From Desulfotalea psychrophila LSv54 (lineage in GTDB: Bacteria > Desulfobacterota > Desulfobulbia > Desulfobulbales > Desulfocapsaceae), in the NCBI RefSeq assembly GCF_000025945.1, contig NC_006138.1, forward strand, positions 2,970,001-3,002,000: a stretch of 32,000 nt of DNA. Reading direction: 5' to 3'. Each line of letters starts with the position of its first letter. Position 1 is the first letter of the stretch. The notes under the pieces were generated by a model. It worked only from the letters and a program-made list of their open reading frames with translations, was not told the DNA's origin and ran no database searches. Both the position numbers and the translations under genes were made by a program. This document shows positions 26,938-32,000 of the stretch, piece after piece.

Positions 26938-28704
26938 TTACGCTGCCAAAGGCAAAGAAACGGTGGCTATACAACCACTCTCTACCCCATTTTCTAGATA
27001 AAGCTTACCACCATGCTCTCCAATGATCTTGGCACTCATGGACAGCCCCAGTCCAGTTCCCTCTGCCTTGGTAGTAAAGTAGGGATCAAAAACATGAGCG
27101 AGCAAACTCTTCTCTACCCCCAGGCCATCATCAATGATCTGCACCTGATAAAAGCCAGCAACAACCTGGCAACGAACAACAATCTCCCCACCTGCCTGCA
27201 TAGCTTGAAAACTGTTTAAAAGCAGATTCAAAAACACCTGATTCAACCTATCAGCACTGCCGAGTACCCGTAGGGACGTGTCAGAAAATTCCGTAACAAG
27301 GCTAATACCTGCATCCTCTGCGTCCAAGGCGACCAAAGAGAGGGCCTTGGTAATTACCTTTTCCAGATAGACAATCTCGCCTCTCTCCTCCTCAGGCTTT
27401 GCATAGTCAAGAAGTTCTGTAATACTTCTATTGAGTCTTTCCACCTCATCCACCAGGACCTGAGCCGTTTGCTGCCCCTTAGAACCACCGGCAAAAAACG
27501 AGTGGAGAAGCATACCAAGGCCCTTAATTGAGCTGAGTGGATTACGCAGTTCGTGAGCAACTCCGGCTGCCATCTTACCAAGAGAGGCCAGATGGGCATG
27601 CCGTTGCATCTCTCTCTCCAATGCCTTCTGAGTCGTGAGGTCCTGGAGAAGAATCACATAGCCATCCTCATCACCAAGATCATTTTTCACCTCAACCAAA
27701 TTCAAAAAAAGTACCTTCTTTCCATCATCCGCCTCAACCTCTATCTCCTTCCCCTCCTGCCACCGACTGAGATCAAGAGCCAGCGAGGAGTGGGCCATTA
27801 ACTCCTCAAGCGGTTTTCCCAGAAAAGATTCATCCCTTATGCTCAGCAGAAAGCAGGCTGCATCGTTGATCAGACGGATAGCACCGTCACGGCCAACACC
27901 GACAAGACCAACGGGGATCGAGGCAACAAGATGATCTGTAAACACACGCATCTTGGCAAGCTCTGACTCAGAATGGCGAAAACTCTGCAGGGTCAAGAGA
28001 GAGAGCCCTCCACCCAGACCAACAAGCAATAAGACCACGGAGAGGATGGCTATTTGATTACGATTTTCTTTAAAACCGCTATTAAACTGATCGAGATCGA
28101 GGACGGCAAAGAGCCAGAGCCTTTTGCCATAGATGGTACCGGGACCTGCAAAAAACGGTCTATCTTTCCTGTGATGCATCATGGGACGCATTGCAGAACG
28201 CCGGCCCTGCCGGGAAAGATCAAGTAGAGTGAGCACCTGAAAAGTTTTTCCGTCGACATCTTCAGGAGCAAGTTCCCGAAAGAAAAACCTCTTCCTCCCT
28301 TGACCGACTACCGATTCTTTTAAAAATTTTTCGTCCGCTTGGGACAGAGCAAGCTCTTCACCATCCACCACCGAGGAGAGCACCTGACCATCAGCCAAAA
28401 CAATCTGCAGAGAATCCACCCCGGCCTGCTCCTGGGCCTGATCAATGGCCCGAAGCAGATAACCCTTAAAAAGGGTATTATCTATCGTCCCACCGGCACG
28501 ACGCAAAGATTTACGCATATCACTGGCAATAATACGACGTACAGCCTCTGTCTGTTGAAAAAGGGCGTTTTCCAACAACACCCTCTCTCGCTTATGCGAA
28601 CTCACCCCCAAGCCGGCAATAATAGCCGCGAGCAAGAAACATGCTACCGCAAAAATCCAAGGAGAGACATTAACAAGACCCTTTTTCATAGAACTCTGCC
28701 TCAC
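26938..28704 (-). CDS. Membrane-bound sensor histidine kinase (periplasmic sensor, PAS, HisKA, HATPase_c)
   Basis: 588 aa ORF: two TM segments flanking a ~180 aa sensor region; PAS-like SIPVGLVGVGRDGAIRLINDAAC; H-box SLGKMAAGVAHELRNPLSSIKGLG; N-box VFLNLLLNSFQAMQAGG; G-box IIDDGLGVEKSL...GTGLGLSMSAKIIGEHGG. Confidence 0.95.
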   Translation of the reverse strand: MRQSSMKKGLVNVSPWIFAVACFLLAAIIAGLGVSSHKRERVLLENALFQQTEAVRRIIASDMRKSLRRAGGTIDNTLFKGYLLRAIDQAQEQAGVDSLQIVLADGQVLSSVVDGEELALSQADEKFLKESVVGQGRKRFFFRELAPEDVDGKTFQVLTLLDLSRQGRRSAMRPMMHHRKDRPFFAGPGTIYGKRLWLFAVLDLDQFNSGFKENRNQIAILSVVLLLVGLGGGLSLLTLQSFRHSESELAKMRVFTDHLVASIPVGLVGVGRDGAIRLINDAACFLLSIRDESFLGKPLEELMAHSSLALDLSRWQEGKEIEVEADDGKKVLFLNLVEVKNDLGDEDGYVILLQDLTTQKALEREMQRHAHLASLGKMAAGVAHELRNPLSSIKGLGMLLHSFFAGGSKGQQTAQVLVDEVERLNRSITELLDYAKPEEERGEIVYLEKVITKALSLVALDAEDAGISLVTEFSDTSLRVLGSADRLNQVFLNLLLNSFQAMQAGGEIVVRCQVVAGFYQVQIIDDGLGVEKSLLAHVFDPYFTTKAEGTGLGLSMSAKIIGEHGGKLYLENGVESGCIATVSLPLAA

Positions 28705-28715
28705 AGGGAGGCCTC

Positions 28716-30425
28716 TTAAAAAATTTTACTTTGAAAAATTTTCCCTAAGATTACCCGGGTAACAAGATATGTTGAGAAGACCCCCTCCGAGCCCATGGGG
28801 CCGGAGGCAAGGGTCTGACCACTTATAAGCGGGTTATCCGATGCATAATAGGCACAACGTACCTTGACATCAGCAGATAATCTTTTCCGTATTATGCTCG
28901 CACCAATTGCTCGCTGAAAATGGGCTCCCTCCATCTCCAGCCCCACCATCCCCCACTTGGATTTTAAAAATCTTTTGAGCAGATCGCTGTTTTGCAGGGA
29001 GGTGCCCAGGACCGTCAGCATTGAACCCGTAACAACTCTTATGCCCTTCTTACAGATGGTAAAATCTTCCGGTGCCAAATCGTTATCTACAATATAGTTA
29101 TCAGGTGTACCCTCAAGCACATAGGCGGAGGCCAACATAATGTCACCTTTTTTACCAGCAAGAATGCCCGCCTTACCCATAACAGAGATAGATTTCACAT
29201 CAAGTTTACAGTGGGGAAAATCGTCCTGGCCCCTTAAAAACTCATCAAGAATAGTAAAGGCCTGGGTACCAAAGGCATAATCAATCACCAGAAGCACAGG
29301 GGCATCTTCTCCCCATTGGTCGCCGACAATAGATGGATGGAGCACCTCAACTTTAGAGGTATCAATAAACTGAACATCAATACTGGAGCCAGATGTATCA
29401 TGCCAAAAGCGAAAACCATGCGCCAGGGCATACTCCTCCAGATCATCTTCTTCATCCCTAAGCTCCCGCACCATTACCGCCAGATCACTGGGTACCTCTC
29501 GATCTTGCCTCTGTAAATAGCCAGGACCATAGAGCACGTTACGACAGGAATGCATATTAGCACTAATTATATGCAGGGACCGATTCGCTAAACCACCCTC
29601 AACAATAGCCCCTATAACAGACTTTGCCCAAACAGATGCATACTTACTGGCGGCTATCATATCGTTCATGGAAGGGGCACATACTATCTGAAAGGTACTG
29701 GAAGGGTTTACCTCACACCCACCCCGGCACCTCCTCCCTATTTCATAAATAAAGGAGAAGAGACTGCTATTGGCACCATCCCGCAGGCGAGTTCCCTCCA
29801 AATACTCATAACTATCCCTGGTTTCCTTATAGCTGCGACCAAGAAATTTCGAGAGAACCCAGAGGGCCTGATCAAGCTCTTCCCCCTGAAGTTCAAGGTC
29901 TTCCCCCTGAAGCTGAACCCCACTCTCCATCAGTTTTTTTAACTTGGCCCAGTCGCCATTTACGGGGTCTTCTTCCGCCCGTATCAAATTATGTATCTTA
30001 GAGGCCTCAAGATTTAAAAAAACAATATGAGTAAGAATGTCATAAACCTCGCTCTCGCCCCGGGTGACGATAAAGCACATTTCAGTCTCAGAAATAGCAT
30101 AGGAGAGCCTGCGTCGTTTAAGTGGCGTCCTCTTTTCAAAGGATGTTTGAGCAAAATCGTCAACACTGGTAAGGACAAGTTTTTCACATTTCTCAATTCC
30201 ACGGGGCATACGATTAATCACGTACTCCAAGCCTTTAAGCTCAACGACACGCGGATCATTCATGGAACCATATATTTCAGGACTGATCTGAATGAGGGCC
30301 TCTGCCAACTTCTCCCCCATCACATCGGTTGGTCGATAATAACCCTGAATAATAATCGCATCGGCTATGGTTTTAAATGTAGCAATTGCCCTACGAGACC
30401 GTTGCGCCTTGGTAAGATGGTCCAT
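28716..30425 (-). CDS. Conserved uncharacterised protein with nucleoside phosphorylase/nucleosidase-like C-terminal region
   Basis: 569 aa ORF. C-terminal region has SVMGKAGILAGKKGDIMLASAYVLEGT...GIRVVTGSMLTVLG...WGMVGLEMEGAHFQRAI; the GLEMEG stretch resembles the PNP/MTAN family substrate motif. The N-terminal ~350 aa I cannot assign. Confidence 0.6.
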   Translation of the reverse strand: MDHLTKAQRSRRAIATFKTIADAIIIQGYYRPTDVMGEKLAEALIQISPEIYGSMNDPRVVELKGLEYVINRMPRGIEKCEKLVLTSVDDFAQTSFEKRTPLKRRRLSYAISETEMCFIVTRGESEVYDILTHIVFLNLEASKIHNLIRAEEDPVNGDWAKLKKLMESGVQLQGEDLELQGEELDQALWVLSKFLGRSYKETRDSYEYLEGTRLRDGANSSLFSFIYEIGRRCRGGCEVNPSSTFQIVCAPSMNDMIAASKYASVWAKSVIGAIVEGGLANRSLHIISANMHSCRNVLYGPGYLQRQDREVPSDLAVMVRELRDEEDDLEEYALAHGFRFWHDTSGSSIDVQFIDTSKVEVLHPSIVGDQWGEDAPVLLVIDYAFGTQAFTILDEFLRGQDDFPHCKLDVKSISVMGKAGILAGKKGDIMLASAYVLEGTPDNYIVDNDLAPEDFTICKKGIRVVTGSMLTVLGTSLQNSDLLKRFLKSKWGMVGLEMEGAHFQRAIGASIIRKRLSADVKVRCAYYASDNPLISGQTLASGPMGSEGVFSTYLVTRVILGKIFQSKIF

Positions 30426-30483
30426 ATAAAATCCTCATAAAGTCTTGTTTAGCAAGTTAGGTGAGAAAACATACAGAAAAGAT

Positions 30484-30526
30484 TAATACAACACGTATGA
30501 AAATACTACCATATCGTGTTGTATTA
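30484..30526 (-). terminator. Hairpin downstream of engB
   Basis: TAATACAACACG (30484-30495) / CGTGTTGTATTA (30515-30526), perfect 12 bp, plus inner TATG/CATA pairing with a 1-nt bulge. On the minus strand it is followed by ATCTTTTCTG. Confidence 0.55.
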
Positions 30527-30577
30527 TAAGAAAAGTTACAGGAGAATGGGCAGGTGGGGCGAGAAGTAAGGGTAAGA

Positions 30578-31159
30578 CTAAGCTAGATAGGATTCCAAGA
30601 CTGCAATTAATTCATCACGCCCCTGGCCTGTCTTAGAAGAAAAAAGGATTCGCTCATCTTTTTTGATTCCATGACCTGCGTCAAGAATGGCGGCATGCCT
30701 GCTAAGCTGATTACCTGACAACTTATCTATTTTAGTATAAATCGGTAAAACAGGCACCTTCTGCTCACGAAGCCAGTCAAGCAATTGACGATCAAGGGCC
30801 TTAGGCTCATGGCGAATATCAATAATAACCACAACACACTTTAAAGCCTCTCTTTCGGAAATATAGCTGGTGATCAGCTTTTGCCAGTTATTTTGCATTT
30901 CTTTGGAGACCCGGGCAAAACCATAGCCAGGTAAATCGACGAGCATACAATCTTCAGCAGCCTGGAAAAAATTCAATCCCTGGGTTTTTCCCGGCCTGCC
31001 ACTTACCTTAACAAAACCACTTCGTCTCAACAGGGTATTCATCAGACTAGATTTACCAACATTAGACCGACCGGCAAAGGCAAACTCAGGCAAACCATCT
31101 TCAGGCAACTGGTCTAAACCGTGAACACTTAGGAGAAACGTAATATCGTTTAAATTCAC
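30578..31159 (-). CDS. engB: Ribosome biogenesis GTPase EngB/YsxC/YihA
   Basis: 193 aa ORF: FAFAGRSNVGKSSLMNTLL (G1), GKTQGLNFF (G2), LVDLPGYGFARV (G3), YTKIDKL (G4). Confidence 0.95.
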   Translation of the reverse strand: MNLNDITFLLSVHGLDQLPEDGLPEFAFAGRSNVGKSSLMNTLLRRSGFVKVSGRPGKTQGLNFFQAAEDCMLVDLPGYGFARVSKEMQNNWQKLITSYISEREALKCVVVIIDIRHEPKALDRQLLDWLREQKVPVLPIYTKIDKLSGNQLSRHAAILDAGHGIKKDERILFSSKTGQGRDELIAVLESYLA

Positions 31160-31194
31160 TGTTTCTTCTCCTCATTATAATTAAAAACAAAATA

Positions 31195-31222
31195 GGGATA
31201 AAACCATAATTGGTTTTATCCC
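31195..31222 (-). terminator. Intrinsic terminator between hisG and engB
   Basis: GGGATAAAACCA (31195-31206) / TGGTTTTATCCC (31211-31222), perfect 12-bp stem, 4-nt loop. The minus strand continues TATTTTGTTTTTAA. Confidence 0.75.
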
Positions 31223-31295
31223 ATAAATCTGCCCCCTACGAGGCTAAACCAGCATGTTTACCACAAACCGGTTTAAAGAAAAACAGCAAAGATGA

Positions 31296-32000
31296 TCAGA
31301 TCACCTTATTAAGAGCATACTCAATGATACCCTCGGCCCCAACCTTATGCAAACGGGGCACAAGATCACGAACAATATCTTTTGAGATAACAGTCTCAAC
31401 GGAAAACCATTCAGCATCGGAGAGTCCTGCTACAGTCGGAGCATTAACACTGGGGAGCATTGCAACAATTTCGTCAAGTTGCTCTGCTGCCACATTCATC
31501 TTGAGACCAACAATCCTATCGGCCTTGAGGGCCCCTTGAAGCAGGAGGCACATATTCTCAATTTTTTCACGCTTCCAAGGGTTCTCCCAAGCCTCTTTAT
31601 TGGCTATAAACTGGGTATTGGACTCCATGAGTTCATAAATAATTCTGAGACCATGGGCACGGATAGTATTTTCTGTTTCCGTTACCTCAACCACCGCATC
31701 CACAAGACCTGCAACTACCTTTGCCTCGGTGGCACCCCAAGAAAACTCGATCTCTACGTTGATACCAAGATCCTTAAAAAATCTCTCACTAACGCCAACG
31801 AGTTCTGTAGAAATTTTCTTCCCCTCAAGATCTTCAAGGGTTTTGATATCAGAATCACCAGCCACGGCAACCACCCAACGAGTGGGGCGGTTACTCACTT
31901 TAGAATAGACCAGATCACTTACCACAACAATCTCTGACTGATTCTCCATGGTCCAATCTTTGCCGGTGATACCAGCGTCCAACATACCACTCTCGACATA
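31296..32000 (-). CDS. hisG: ATP phosphoribosyltransferase HisG, long form, C-terminal part (truncated by window edge)
   Basis: Minus-strand frame stays open to the window end, giving YVESGMLDAGITGKDW...; C-terminal regulatory domain VGLKMNVAAEQLDEIVAMLPSVNAPTVAGLSDAEWFSVETVISKDIVRDLVPRLHKVGAEGIIEYALNKVI. Confidence 0.93.
   Translation of the reverse strand, partial: YVESGMLDAGITGKDWTMENQSEIVVVSDLVYSKVSNRPTRWVVAVAGDSDIKTLEDLEGKKISTELVGVSERFFKDLGINVEIEFSWGATEAKVVAGLVDAVVEVTETENTIRAHGLRIIYELMESNTQFIANKEAWENPWKREKIENMCLLLQGALKADRIVGLKMNVAAEQLDEIVAMLPSVNAPTVAGLSDAEWFSVETVISKDIVRDLVPRLHKVGAEGIIEYALNKVI

Noticed and set aside
1-32000. Search for CRISPR arrays, insertion sequences, prophage genes, tRNA or rRNA
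   Set aside because: No regularly spaced repeats, transposase or integrase motifs, or recognisable structural RNA genes were seen by eye; a tRNAscan/Infernal run would be needed to exclude small RNAs.

Overview
Chromosomal window, probably from a sulfate-reducing Desulfobacterota/Deltaproteobacterium; gene content resembles Desulfotalea psychrophila, but that is from memory and was not searched. It is mostly conserved genes. On the minus strand: rimP-nusA-ylxR-infB (infB cut by the left edge). On the plus strand: a type IA topoisomerase (TopB-like), rsfS, thrC, two tandem tatA-like genes and a three-piece glutamate synthase-like set. These are followed by a composite P-loop + FHA-like + PPP-type phosphatase gene that carries a frameshift, then a DUF47/PhoU-like gene and a PiT phosphate permease. 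On the minus strand: an oleB-oleC-oleD-like olefin/beta-lactone cluster overlapping an M48 peptidase/TPR gene. A plus-strand msbA-like ABC transporter follows. The last minus-strand genes are an uncharacterised protein with a nucleoside-phosphorylase-like C-terminus, a histidine kinase, engB, and the C-terminal part of a long-form hisG (cut by the right edge). I saw no rRNA, recognisable tRNA, CRISPR array or transposon. The most interesting items are the P-loop/FHA/PPP protein next to DUF47-PiT, the ole-like cluster with no adjacent oleA, the orphan histidine kinase paired with a nucleosidase-like protein, and a strong intrinsic terminator in front of rimP-nusA-infB. Several intergenic regions hold long perfect hairpins.
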